Positions 10,931 through 20,767 are shown, counted from the stretch's first letter. The stretch is 64,000 nucleotides of DNA from Opitutaceae bacterium (GCA_051252375.1 JBPOFY010000001.1:320001-384000); one strand, 5' to 3'. Notes: a model not told the origin generated them from the sequence alone. Program-made: numbers and translations.

Positions 10931-12367
10931 ATGATGCTATTTACCATAGGAGTCCTCGCGGGGCTGTTCGGCATGTGGTTGCTCTATGCTAAAAAACGGC
11001 GGCAGCTCAAAATCCTCGACGAAGAAAAGCAACTCCTCCAGCAGGAGAAACAAATCGTCGTTGAATTCATGCACAACATGGTCGAAGCGGTGGCGCAAAG
11101 CCCCGAGCGAGAAACCATGTTTCAACGCATCATCCATGCTGCGATTCTCAGTACTGGCGCCGTCAGTGCCTGTATCTTTGAAAAACGCGACGACGACACA
11201 CTCAAAGGAATCGCAGTCGAAGGGCTTTTTCCTCCTCAGCGTAAGCTTTCTGAAGACCCGGCAGAAGTTGCTCAAAGCCGAGCTCACTACCTAGAGAAAA
11301 TTCTAAAATCCGAGTCCTTCAAAATGGGTGAAGGGCTGATCGGACAAGTAGCCAAATCCTGCCGGGCACTCCTCATTCCGGATGCCGCCAACGACCCACG
11401 CGTGGTGCAACACAATGACCCATCGCTGCTAATTCGCTCCATCATCGTTGCCCCCGTCCTCTTTAAGGGCGAGCTCATGGCCGTTCTCGCGGTGGCCAAC
11501 CCAGCAGACGGGCTAGCCTTTACTGACACCGATTTTTCACTCGTCGAATCACTCGCCGAACAAGTCGGTCTAGCGGTGCACAATAGCGAAGCGATGCTGC
11601 TACAAATTGAGAAGAATAAAATCGATCTCGATATCGAACTCGCCAGCAACACCCAAAGACTGCTCCTACCCAAAGCCTTCCCGCCCTCCGATTCGATCTC
11701 CTTCGCCACACATTACACCGCAGCGCAAAAAGTCGGCGGGGACCTTTACGATATCTTCTCTCTAGATGATCAAACCATCGCTTTTGCGATCGCCGACGTT
11801 TCTGGGAAAGGCGTCTCTGCTTCGATTTTAATGGCTATTTGCCAAACGCACCTGCGGCACTACGCCAAACAATATCGTTCACCGTCAGAAGTGCTCGGCG
11901 CGATCAACGCAGCCATGCAGCCGACCATGCAACGCGACATGTTTATCACCATGGTCTATGCAACCATCGATCTGAAAACAGAAACACTCACTCTAGCCCG
12001 CGCTGGTCACGAACTCCCCTTTTTCTACGATCAACACAGTGATGGCTCACTCGATGTTGGTCCCATCCAATCACCCGGTATGCCAGTCGGCATGGTGCCC
12101 CCCGATGTATTTGACTCGGTCATTAAGGACACGCACTTCCACTTCGACAACGAAGACGCCCTGCTACTTTACACCGATGGCGTCACAGAAATGGTCAACC
12201 CCGAGGGCGAAGAATACTCCGGAGAACGACTGCTTCGTATCTTGACTTCACACGGCAAAGAAAGCGCCCAAGTCATCCTCGATCAAACCTTGGATAGCAT
12301 CCACCGCTTCGCCGCCGGTGCCGGACAACCCGACGACCTCACGATGATCGTGATTAAGCATTCGTAG
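10931..12367 (+). CDS. GAF + PP2C (SpoIIE/RsbU-type) serine phosphatase with N-terminal TM
   Basis: GEGLIGQVA (GAF), VGGDLYD, IADVSGKG, RAGH, YTDGVTE, DDLT. Confidence 0.92.
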   Translation: MMLFTIGVLAGLFGMWLLYAKKRRQLKILDEEKQLLQQEKQIVVEFMHNMVEAVAQSPERETMFQRIIHAAILSTGAVSACIFEKRDDDTLKGIAVEGLFPPQRKLSEDPAEVAQSRAHYLEKILKSESFKMGEGLIGQVAKSCRALLIPDAANDPRVVQHNDPSLLIRSIIVAPVLFKGELMAVLAVANPADGLAFTDTDFSLVESLAEQVGLAVHNSEAMLLQIEKNKIDLDIELASNTQRLLLPKAFPPSDSISFATHYTAAQKVGGDLYDIFSLDDQTIAFAIADVSGKGVSASILMAICQTHLRHYAKQYRSPSEVLGAINAAMQPTMQRDMFITMVYATIDLKTETLTLARAGHELPFFYDQHSDGSLDVGPIQSPGMPVGMVPPDVFDSVIKDTHFHFDNEDALLLYTDGVTEMVNPEGEEYSGERLLRILTSHGKESAQVILDQTLDSIHRFAAGAGQPDDLTMIVIKHS

Positions 12368-12402
12368 GATTGAAAGAGGATTAGCGACTATCGGGGCAGG
12401 AA

Positions 12403-12505
12403 AAAAGGTAGCGGCGATGGTCCCCATCGCCACACGTCTGAGCCGCTCAACTGATTTGGACCGAAACACATGCAATGGCGGTCGGGACGACCGCCGCTAC
12501 CTTTT
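12403..12505. repeat. REPIN-like element copy 1 (inverted pair of GTAG REPs)
   Basis: AAAAGGTAGCGGCG...CGCCGCTACCTTTT termini, each REP with an internal hairpin; reverse-complement homolog at 20650..20767. Confidence 0.8.
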
Positions 12506-12582
12506 AGGATAATGACACTCTTAAAGTAGTGCCATTCGACATTTCTGTCCGTCACCAGCCTGCTTGAATGCCCTTCCTTCTC

Positions 12583-15321
12583 TTACAGAGACTCTAAGAT
12601 ACGCTTCGTTTCGTCGCGCTTCTCGGTCGTCTCAGCTAGCTGCTTGCGTGCACCTTCGACTACTTTCTCGGGGGCGCTGTCGACGAATTTTGGATTCTTC
12701 AACTTGCCTTCACCTACGGCGACGAGCTTGTTGAGCTTTTCCAACTCTTTCGTGAGGCGCGCCTTTTCGGCTTCAACATCGATGCTGCTGCTGAGGTCCA
12801 AGTAAAGAGAACCAAGTGGTGTAACCACCGCCGGTAATCCATCGCCGGATTGATCGCCCAATGCGTCTAAGGAACCAAAGCCAGCTAATGTTTTTACTAA
12901 GCCAGCGTTGTCTGCGATGACTTTCGCGGCATCGCCTTCGGCACCGTAGAAGACTGCGACGTCGCGCTTGTTGGCTAAGTTATACTGCGCCTTGAGCGCA
13001 CGGCCTTGAGAGATGAATTCCTGTAAATTGATCACACGCTCGACGGCGCTCTTATCCGCGGGCACTTGCTCGGCCAATGACGCAGCGCTGGTCAATTTCG
13101 TGTTCTGAATGTAAACAACCGATGCGTCATAACCGAGCCCCTTCCAGAGCTCTTCGGTGATGTGCGGCATGACTGGATTCGCGAGCTGAAGAACTTGACG
13201 AATGACCAGGTCCTGAATTGCGAGACAGTTGTCGCGCAGAGCTTCGTCGCCTTTGAGTTTGCCCTTAGATGCCTCCACATACCAATCGCAGAAATCGCCC
13301 CAGAAGAAGGCGTAGATCTGGTGTGTGAGTGGTGCGATCTCGTAGTTCGCAAAGCACTTTTCCATATCGGCAGTGACTTGAGTCAAGCGACCGACGATCC
13401 AATGGTCGTAGTCGTCAAACAGACTTGGATCAATACGGCTAACGATCGCTTCTAGGCTAGAATTGTCTGCCATAGGGCCAGACATTTGACGGAAGCGAAC
13501 AGCATTCCAGAGCTTGTTGCAGAAGTTGCGTCCGATTTGGATGCGCTCTTCCGAGAAGAGAATGTCCGAACCGGAAGGCGCGATGTTACAAACACCAAAA
13601 CGTAGGCCGTCGGCACCATATTTCTCAATCAAGTCGAGCGGATCAGGTGAGTTGCCGAGCGACTTAGACATCTTGCGGCCCTTCTCGTCGCGAATCAGCC
13701 CGTGAATAACGATATTTTTAAACGGAATGCGCTTCGCAATTTCTTCGTCGGAAAGGTCTTTGGAATCATCACCGTAGAGCTCCAAGCCGGCCATGATCAT
13801 ACGGGCGACCCAGAAGAAAATTATGTCGAACCCAGTGACCAAGGTAGAAGTCGGATACCAAAAGTCTTGCTCTTTCTGTTGCTCGGGATCGGCTTCGGGC
13901 CAACCAAGGTTTGCCATAGGCCAGAGGTAAGACGATGCCCATGTATCGAGCACGTCATCTTCTTGCTCCCAGTTTTCTGGATCACTTGGTCCTTCAACAG
14001 AAACATGCACGTGCTCTGGATTTTCAAAATCGAGCTCGGTGCGATCTGCGCCCTTCTTATACCAAACTGGGATACGGTGACCCCACCAAAGCTGGCGACT
14101 GATGCACCAGTCTTGAATGCCATTTAGCCAGTGGAGGTAAGTCTTCTTCCAGCGGTCAGGATGAAATTTAATCGTGCCGTTCTCAACCGCACGCTTCGCC
14201 TCTTCAACCTTAGGGTATTTGAGGAACCATTGCTCGGATAAGCGTGGCTCGATTGGCACATCGCCACGCTCGGAGAAGCCAACAGTGTTTTCGTAAGGCT
14301 CGCGCTCGATGAGCAAGCCCATGTCTTCGAGTTTTTGTGCCGCAACTTTACGCGCCTTAAAGCGGTCCATTCCGTCGAACTCTTCGCCCGCAAGCGCGTT
14401 GAGCTTACCTTCAGAGTCAATCACTTCGATCATCTCGAGGTTGTGACGCTGACCAATTTCGAAGTCATTTTTATCGTGCGCAGGTGTTACCTTGAGGCAA
14501 CCAGTGCCGAACTCAATATCCACATACTCATCACCGATGATTGGAATTTCGGCCTTCGGGAACGGACGCCAGACTGTCTTACCGATCAGGTGCTTGTAGC
14601 GCTCATCTTCTGGGTGCACCGCAACCGCGCTATCGCCCATCAGTGTTTCAGGGCGCGTCGTAGATATTTCTAGATGCGTGCGCTCGCCATCGGCTTCGAC
14701 CAGCTCGTAACGCATCTTATAGAAGAAGCCATTTTGAGGCTTCATATTCACTTCTTCATCAGAAAGTGCTGTGTGCGTCGCAGGGCACCAGTTGACCATG
14801 CGTTTGCCGCGGTAGATGTAACCGCGCTTATAGAAAGAAACAAATGCGGTCAGCACCGCCTTCGAGTAGTCTTCGTCCAGCGTGAAACTTGTGCGATCCC
14901 AGTCACAGGAAGCGCCGAGCTTTTGCAGCTGGTTTAAAATCACGCCACCAGACTCTTTACGGAAGTCCTGAATTTTCTCTACAAATGCCTCACGTCCAAG
15001 GTCGTATTTGCTCTGACCGGTCTCGGCGCGGACAATCTTCTCCACTTTAGTCTGTGTGGCGATGCCGGCGTGGTCCGTGCCTGGCTGCCAGAGCACTGCC
15101 TTGCCCTCGAGACGCGCACGGCGAATGAAGATATCCTGCAAAGTGTTATCAAGGACGTGCCCCATGTGCAGCATACCTGTCACATTGGGTGGCGGGATCA
15201 TGATCGCATAAGGTTCCTTGGCAGGATCTGCGACAGCTTTGAAGCATCCAGCTTCAAGCCAGTTTGCATACCAGCGTTGTTCGACTTCTTTGGGTTCGTA
15301 GGCTTTTGCGATTTCAGACAT
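12583..15321 (-). CDS. valS: Valine--tRNA ligase
   Basis: PPPNVTGMLHMGH, DWCISRQLWWGH, KMSKS, C-terminal coiled coil. Confidence 0.98.
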   Translation of the reverse strand: MSEIAKAYEPKEVEQRWYANWLEAGCFKAVADPAKEPYAIMIPPPNVTGMLHMGHVLDNTLQDIFIRRARLEGKAVLWQPGTDHAGIATQTKVEKIVRAETGQSKYDLGREAFVEKIQDFRKESGGVILNQLQKLGASCDWDRTSFTLDEDYSKAVLTAFVSFYKRGYIYRGKRMVNWCPATHTALSDEEVNMKPQNGFFYKMRYELVEADGERTHLEISTTRPETLMGDSAVAVHPEDERYKHLIGKTVWRPFPKAEIPIIGDEYVDIEFGTGCLKVTPAHDKNDFEIGQRHNLEMIEVIDSEGKLNALAGEEFDGMDRFKARKVAAQKLEDMGLLIEREPYENTVGFSERGDVPIEPRLSEQWFLKYPKVEEAKRAVENGTIKFHPDRWKKTYLHWLNGIQDWCISRQLWWGHRIPVWYKKGADRTELDFENPEHVHVSVEGPSDPENWEQEDDVLDTWASSYLWPMANLGWPEADPEQQKEQDFWYPTSTLVTGFDIIFFWVARMIMAGLELYGDDSKDLSDEEIAKRIPFKNIVIHGLIRDEKGRKMSKSLGNSPDPLDLIEKYGADGLRFGVCNIAPSGSDILFSEERIQIGRNFCNKLWNAVRFRQMSGPMADNSSLEAIVSRIDPSLFDDYDHWIVGRLTQVTADMEKCFANYEIAPLTHQIYAFFWGDFCDWYVEASKGKLKGDEALRDNCLAIQDLVIRQVLQLANPVMPHITEELWKGLGYDASVVYIQNTKLTSAASLAEQVPADKSAVERVINLQEFISQGRALKAQYNLANKRDVAVFYGAEGDAAKVIADNAGLVKTLAGFGSLDALGDQSGDGLPAVVTPLGSLYLDLSSSIDVEAEKARLTKELEKLNKLVAVGEGKLKNPKFVDSAPEKVVEGARKQLAETTEKRDETKRILESL

Positions 15322-15450
15322 AGCGGGAAAATTGGAAAAGGTGCCTAAACTGTGCCCATACGCGCGGCTTTCAAGCTAGAAAGCGGTGATGAATCATCCT
15401 AGTTGCTGCATATAGCTGTAATGTGAACTCAGCTTTGACGATAGGTGTTC

Positions 15451-16200
15451 ATGGATCATTCAAAACTATTCGTTATCGGAGGCGTCACTGGCGGCATCGG
15501 CTCGGCACTAGCGCGCCGTCTGATCAAAGACGGGCACAGAGTCGCTGGGTTTGCCCGCGACGAAGCTCGGCTCAATGCACTCAGCAGCGAAATAGCACTC
15601 TCCACTGCATGCTGTAATATAAGTAGTGCCTCCGTCATCGAAGAACAACTGACCGAGTTTGTCGAAACCCTTGGTCCGATTGATGGCTACATCCACGCCA
15701 TTGGTTCTATTCTACTCAAGCCCGCCCACCTGACTAGCGAGGAAGCATGGTTGGAAACGCTACACACGAATCTGAGCTCTGCCTTTTACGGTTTACGCGC
15801 GGCGACAAAGCTCATGATGAAGCAAGGGCACGGCACTTGCCTCTTCTTCAGCACGGCTGCCGCACAAACGGGACTGGCCAATCACGAGGCCATTGCCGCA
15901 GCCAAAGGCGGCATCGAAGCCATGGTCCGTTCGGCCGCAGCGACCTACAGCAACCGGGGGCTCCGGATCAACGCCATCGCACCAAGTCTTACCGATACAC
16001 CACTTGCCAAGCCGATCATTGGCAGCGAACAAGCTCTGGAATTTTCCAAGAAAATGCATCCGCTCGGAGAAATTGGCGACGCCGACCACGTAGCGAGCCT
16101 CGCTCAGTGGCTACTCTCCGAGGAAGCGCGGTTCGTCACGGGGCAAACCTTTGTCATCGACGGCGGCTTATCCTCCATAGTGCCCAAACCTAAAGCATGA
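15451..16200 (+). CDS. SDR-family oxidoreductase
   Basis: GVTGGIG, FSTAAA, IAAAK (no Tyr at the usual YxxxK), INAIAP, VTGQTFVIDGG. Confidence 0.85.
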   Translation: MDHSKLFVIGGVTGGIGSALARRLIKDGHRVAGFARDEARLNALSSEIALSTACCNISSASVIEEQLTEFVETLGPIDGYIHAIGSILLKPAHLTSEEAWLETLHTNLSSAFYGLRAATKLMMKQGHGTCLFFSTAAAQTGLANHEAIAAAKGGIEAMVRSAAATYSNRGLRINAIAPSLTDTPLAKPIIGSEQALEFSKKMHPLGEIGDADHVASLAQWLLSEEARFVTGQTFVIDGGLSSIVPKPKA

Positions 16201-16745
16201 ACACCACTTCTTCACTTTTTAATAGGAAGTCATGGCAACTCCTCGTGCTCGCCTTAGTGGTCAGTGCAATCCCACTACCAGCGACCACACAGACGACAGA
16301 CTGGGAACCGATGGGCGACTACCGCTACGTCTACCGCATGTTCTTCAAGCTCTATGACGCCACTCTGTATGCCACACCCGGCGCGAGCGCAGACCAAGTA
16401 ATCGATGCAGATACCAACTTTAAGCTTCAATTTGAATACTTAAGAAGCATTGAGAAAGCTATTATACTCCAGTCAGCAGAGACTATCCTCGAAAAAAACC
16501 TGACCAATGCGGAACTGGATTCAATCAAATCAAAAGTAGCACGTCTCAACGTCGCCTACACATCTGTCGACAAAGGAGATCGCTCAGCATTGCGCTATGA
16601 GAGCGACATTGGCACCACCCTATCGATCAACGGGCAAGATATTCTCACCATCGAGGGACAGGAATTCGCGCGGCTCTACTTCAAAATCTGGCTTGGCGAA
16701 AATCCAATTTCTTCCTCGATGAAATCGAACTTATTGGGACTTTAA
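16197..16745 (+). CDS. Chalcone isomerase-like secreted protein
   Basis: Signal peptide, FFKLYDATLY, FARLYFKIWLGENP; ATGA overlap with the SDR gene. Confidence 0.75.
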   Translation: MNTTSSLFNRKSWQLLVLALVVSAIPLPATTQTTDWEPMGDYRYVYRMFFKLYDATLYATPGASADQVIDADTNFKLQFEYLRSIEKAIILQSAETILEKNLTNAELDSIKSKVARLNVAYTSVDKGDRSALRYESDIGTTLSINGQDILTIEGQEFARLYFKIWLGENPISSSMKSNLLGL

Positions 16746-16871
16746 TGCCAATCAACTTCACGACATATTAAACACGACATTATATTCGCAATTACCAATT
16801 CACGTATTGCAGATTAACACTTGCATTCCAAATATACCACGGGCATAACAGCGCTTTTCCAATACGCGATT

Positions 16872-17978
16872 ATGGCTACACCCAAAAAGAAATCCGCAAG
16901 CACTACCAAAAAAGCAACTGCCAAGATTACAGATTTTGCAGCTGCTCCGATTAATAAATCGCTGAGCAAGGAAGAGAAGATCGACCTTTACCGCACGATT
17001 ATCGGAATCCGTCGATTCGAAGAGCGCTCACTGCGCGCCTACAATCAAGGAAAGATTGGTGGCTTCCTACACCTTTACATCGGCCAAGAAGCGGTCGCCA
17101 GCGGGATCGTCTCCCTGATGGGCGAAAACGACCACATCATCACCGCCTACCGCGACCACGGGCACGCCCTCGCAGTTGGCATGTCGATGAATGAGTGTAT
17201 GGCCGAAATGTTCGGCAAGCACACCGGTTGCTCCAAGGGTAAAGGCGGTTCGATGCACTTTTTCGCTCCAGATAAGAACTACTGGGGTGGTCACGGCATT
17301 GTTGCCGGTCAAACACCACTCGGTGCCGGCCTCGCATTCGCTCTTAAGTATAAAGGGCTAAAAGGCTGTGCCGTCTGCTTCCTCGGTGATGGCGCCGTCA
17401 ATCAAGGCTCCTTCATGGAGACCCTCAATCTCGTTTCCCTTTGGGGCATCCCCGTAGTCTTCGTCATTGAGAACAATGGCTACTCGATGGGCACCAGCCT
17501 CAAACGCTCCTCCGCTAAAGAAAACCTCGCACACCGTGCGGATGGATTCGATATGGCTTGGGAAGTTTGCAACGGTCACGACGTCTTTGAAGTCCGCGAA
17601 GTCGCCAACCGCGCGATGACTCGCGCCCGCGAAGAGCTCAAACCCTTCCTCCTCGAAATCCAAACATATCGCTACCGCGGACACTCCGTCGCTGACGCGA
17701 ACCACGAGAAGTATCGCACAAAGGAGGAGATCGAAGAATACAAGCGCACAAAAGATCCCGTAAACGTGATCAAACAGCAGCTCCTAGACGATGGCACCCT
17801 AACCGAAGCCAGCGCTAAGAAAATCGACCAAGAGAAAAAGGACGAAGCTGAAGCCTCCGCCAAGTTCGCAGAAGAAAGCCCGGTCGCTCCACGCAGTGAA
17901 ATCCAAACCGATGTTTATTGGGAATACGACAACGACACAGAAGGGAAGCTCAAGGGCACCTACTTCTTCAACGACTAG
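16872..17978 (+). CDS. pdhA: Pyruvate dehydrogenase E1 alpha
   Basis: GFLHLYIGQEA, KGKGGSMH, GDGAVNQG..ENN TPP motif, TYRYRGHS. Confidence 0.96.
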   Translation: MATPKKKSASTTKKATAKITDFAAAPINKSLSKEEKIDLYRTIIGIRRFEERSLRAYNQGKIGGFLHLYIGQEAVASGIVSLMGENDHIITAYRDHGHALAVGMSMNECMAEMFGKHTGCSKGKGGSMHFFAPDKNYWGGHGIVAGQTPLGAGLAFALKYKGLKGCAVCFLGDGAVNQGSFMETLNLVSLWGIPVVFVIENNGYSMGTSLKRSSAKENLAHRADGFDMAWEVCNGHDVFEVREVANRAMTRAREELKPFLLEIQTYRYRGHSVADANHEKYRTKEEIEEYKRTKDPVNVIKQQLLDDGTLTEASAKKIDQEKKDEAEASAKFAEESPVAPRSEIQTDVYWEYDNDTEGKLKGTYFFND

Positions 17979-18030
17979 AAATCATAATAGGACCTAACTC
18001 CTTACTTCTAACTTCCACCTTCTTTTTACA

Positions 18031-19008
18031 ATGCCACTCATCACATACCGCGAAGCTATCAAGCAAGCACTCGACGAAGAAATTCAACGCGACGAAAACG
18101 TCTGCATTATGGGCGAAGAAGTCGCTCAATACAACGGCGCCTATAAGGTCACCGAAGGGCTTTGGGACAAGCACGGCGACAAGCGCGTGATTGATACACC
18201 CATCTCCGAGGCAGCCTTCTCCGGCCTCGCTATCGGCGCCTCCATGCTCGGCATTCGCCCAGTCATCGAGATGATGTTCATGTCTTTCAGCTACGTTGCG
18301 ATTGACCAACTCTTCAATAACGCCTCTTTCTGCCGCTACATGTCCGGTGGTCTCATGAACGTGCCAATCGTCGTTCGTGGTCCAGCCAATGGCGGCACCA
18401 ATGTAGGCGCGACCCACTCCCACACTCCGGAAAACATGGTGGCCAACCACCCCGGACTGAAAGTGGTCTGCCCATCCAACGCTTATGACGCCAAAGGCCT
18501 CATGAAAGCCGCCATCCGCGACAACGACCCTGTCTTCGTCATGGAAAACACCCTCCTTTATGGGGAGAAATGGGAAGTCCCCGAAGAAGAATACATCGTC
18601 GAACTCGGCGTCGCCAACATCCTTCAAGAAGGCACCGACCTCACCATCGTGTCACATGGTCGTTGCGCCATGCTCTCGCTCCAGGCAGCGAAGAAACTTA
18701 AAGAAACACACGATCTGAACATCGAAGTGGTTGATCTACGCTCCATCCGTCCACTCGACGAAGAGGCAATCCTCAAGTCCGTGAGAAAGACCGGTCGCGT
18801 CGTTCTCGTGGAAGAGAATAAGCCATACTGTGGCGTCGACGCGCAGATCTCTCACATCATTCAGCTCAAAGCTTTCGATTACCTCGATGCACCCGTTCAC
18901 CGCGTGTCCGGCATCGACGCACCACAAATCTACGCCAAGGAGCTCGAAAACTGGCAGATCCCAAATGAGGAGCGTATCATTGAAATGGTCCTCAAGTGCC
19001 TCAGTTAA
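18031..19008 (+). CDS. pdhB: Pyruvate dehydrogenase E1 beta
   Basis: GEEVAQYNGAYKVT, DTPISE, DLRSIRPLD. Confidence 0.96.
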   Translation: MPLITYREAIKQALDEEIQRDENVCIMGEEVAQYNGAYKVTEGLWDKHGDKRVIDTPISEAAFSGLAIGASMLGIRPVIEMMFMSFSYVAIDQLFNNASFCRYMSGGLMNVPIVVRGPANGGTNVGATHSHTPENMVANHPGLKVVCPSNAYDAKGLMKAAIRDNDPVFVMENTLLYGEKWEVPEEEYIVELGVANILQEGTDLTIVSHGRCAMLSLQAAKKLKETHDLNIEVVDLRSIRPLDEEAILKSVRKTGRVVLVEENKPYCGVDAQISHIIQLKAFDYLDAPVHRVSGIDAPQIYAKELENWQIPNEERIIEMVLKCLS

Positions 19009-19138
19009 GCTTAGCTTAACTGAGATTAGGAATTACGAATTAAGAAAGCAGAAATTAAGCTGATCCTTTGCGTAATTGCCTAAGCCATCCACCTCATCAT
19101 CATTTCTAAATTCTAAATTCTTAACTCTAAATTCTCAA
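19000..19138. repeat. Inverted heptamer-repeat element in the pdhB-pdhC spacer
   Basis: TTAGGAA TTACGAA TTAAGAA (19026-19046) complementary to TTCTAAA TTCTAAA TTCTTAA CTCTAAA TTCTCAA (19104-19138); 12-bp perfect inverted repeat at 19000-19024. Confidence 0.75.
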
Positions 19139-19141
19139 AAT

Positions 19142-20428
19142 ATGGCTACACTCATCGATATGCCCAAACTCAGCGACACCATGACGGTGGGCACGCTGGT
19201 CAAATGGTTAAAAAACGAAGGCGACGTAATCGCCAGCGGCGACATGATTGCCGAGGTCGAAACCGACAAAGCAACGATGGAAGTCGAATGCTTTGACGAC
19301 GGCGTCCTCATCAAGCAATACTGTGGCGTCGGCGATGAAGTCGCAGTCGGCGATCCCATCGCTGCGATCGGTGAAAAGGGCGAAGAAGCGCCAGCCGCGA
19401 AGAGCAGTGCGCCAGCAGCAGCACCAACACCTGAACCGACTCCTGCACCAGCAGCACCCGCGGCCGCTCCAGCAGCGCCCGCACCAGTTGTCGAAGCAGC
19501 ACCTGCTCCAACAACCACAGCAGGTGGTCGCATCAAGGCCTCTCCACTTGCCAAGAAAATTGCTGCCGACAAGGGCATCGATCTTTCCACAATCCAAGGC
19601 TCAGGCCCTGGTGGACGCATTGTCCGTGAAGACGTTGAAAACGCCAAGCCAGGCGCCGCCGCACCAGCGGCAGCCAGCGCTGCGGCTCCAGCAACTCCTG
19701 CAGCTGCACCAGCAGCCACGCTCGAAGCGCTCGAAATCCCCGTCAGCAACATGCGTAAGAGCATTGGCAAGGCGCTCGTAGGCTCCAAGACACAGGCACC
19801 ACACTTCTATCTCCAAATCGAAGTCGACGGCGCGCCACTCGCGAAACTTCGCGCAGAACTCAACGCCAAGCTTTCCGTCCTGCCACCAGAGCACGGCGGC
19901 ACTAAGTTCTCCGTCAACGACCTCACACTCAAAGCAGCTGCTGAAGCCGTGCGCCGCGTCCCTGCGATCAATCGCTCATGGGAAGGTGACACCATCAAGC
20001 AGCATCCAAATGTGCATCTCGCATTCGGTGTCGCGATCGACGACGGCCTCGTCACTCCTGTCATCCGTGCCGCAGAGACCAAGAGTCTTCGTGAAATCGG
20101 TGCAGAAGCCAAAGTCCTCATTAAAAAGGCCCGCGGCAAGAAACTCGCTCCAAACGAAATGAGCGGTTCGACACTCACAGTGACCAACCTCGGCATGTTT
20201 GGCATCTCCGACTTCTACGGCATCATCAACCCGAACAATGCTGCGATCCTCAGCATCGGCGCGACGATCAAGAAGCCAGTCGTCAACGAGAACGACGAAA
20301 TCGTTGTCGGCCAAGTCATGAAGATCGGTCTCTCCGGCGACCACCGCACCATCGATGGCGCAGTCGGCGCACAGTATCTGCAAGCCCTCAAGGAAATCCT
20401 TGAAACGCCTGCCATGATGCTAGTCTAA
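19142..20428 (+). CDS. pdhC: Pyruvate dehydrogenase E2 dihydrolipoamide acetyltransferase
   Basis: One lipoyl domain (ETDKA), Ala/Pro linkers, ASPLAKK..GSGPGGRI binding domain, DHRTIDG. Confidence 0.96.
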   Translation: MATLIDMPKLSDTMTVGTLVKWLKNEGDVIASGDMIAEVETDKATMEVECFDDGVLIKQYCGVGDEVAVGDPIAAIGEKGEEAPAAKSSAPAAAPTPEPTPAPAAPAAAPAAPAPVVEAAPAPTTTAGGRIKASPLAKKIAADKGIDLSTIQGSGPGGRIVREDVENAKPGAAAPAAASAAAPATPAAAPAATLEALEIPVSNMRKSIGKALVGSKTQAPHFYLQIEVDGAPLAKLRAELNAKLSVLPPEHGGTKFSVNDLTLKAAAEAVRRVPAINRSWEGDTIKQHPNVHLAFGVAIDDGLVTPVIRAAETKSLREIGAEAKVLIKKARGKKLAPNEMSGSTLTVTNLGMFGISDFYGIINPNNAAILSIGATIKKPVVNENDEIVVGQVMKIGLSGDHRTIDGAVGAQYLQALKEILETPAMMLV

Positions 20429-20479
20429 ATGGCTGCGCCATTTAATGGCAAATGATCCATAGCTAATTGCTAATTTAAC

Positions 20480-20509
20480 AAAAGCCCGCGAGTCATCGCG
20501 GGCTTTTTT
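20480..20509 (+). terminator. Intrinsic terminator of the pdh operon
   Basis: AAAAGCCCGCGA-gtca-TCGCGGGCTTTTTT. Confidence 0.9.
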
Positions 20510-20521
20510 GTGTCAAATGAT

Positions 20522-20621
20522 TGTTCCACGACAAATGTTCCACACTCCGAGGAGGCAAAACCAGACACCCTCAAACCCGCTTGTATACTAGGATTGCAAT
20601 GTTCCACACTCATTGTTCCAC
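20522..20621 (+). repeat. Four direct TGTTCCAC repeats arranged as two pairs with 14-bp spacing
   Basis: Copies at 20522, 20536, 20600 and 20614. Confidence 0.8.
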
Positions 20622-20649
20622 GGGGTTTTAAGTCACTACAAAATGCCTC

Positions 20650-20767
20650 AAAAGGTAGAGGCGGTCGTCCCGACCGCCATTGCGTTGCATCTAGTCACTG
20701 TAACTCGCTCATGATTCAGTTGAACAGCTCAGACGTATAGCAATGGGGACCATCGCCTCTACCTTTT
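20650..20767. repeat. REPIN-like element copy 2
   Basis: AAAAGGTAGAGGCG...CGCCTCTACCTTTT; aligns with the reverse complement of 12403..12505. Confidence 0.8.

Noticed and set aside
19076..19141. N-terminal extension of PdhC (FLNSKFLTLNS)
   Set aside because: Translation of the heptamer repeats; the lipoyl domain starts at 19142.
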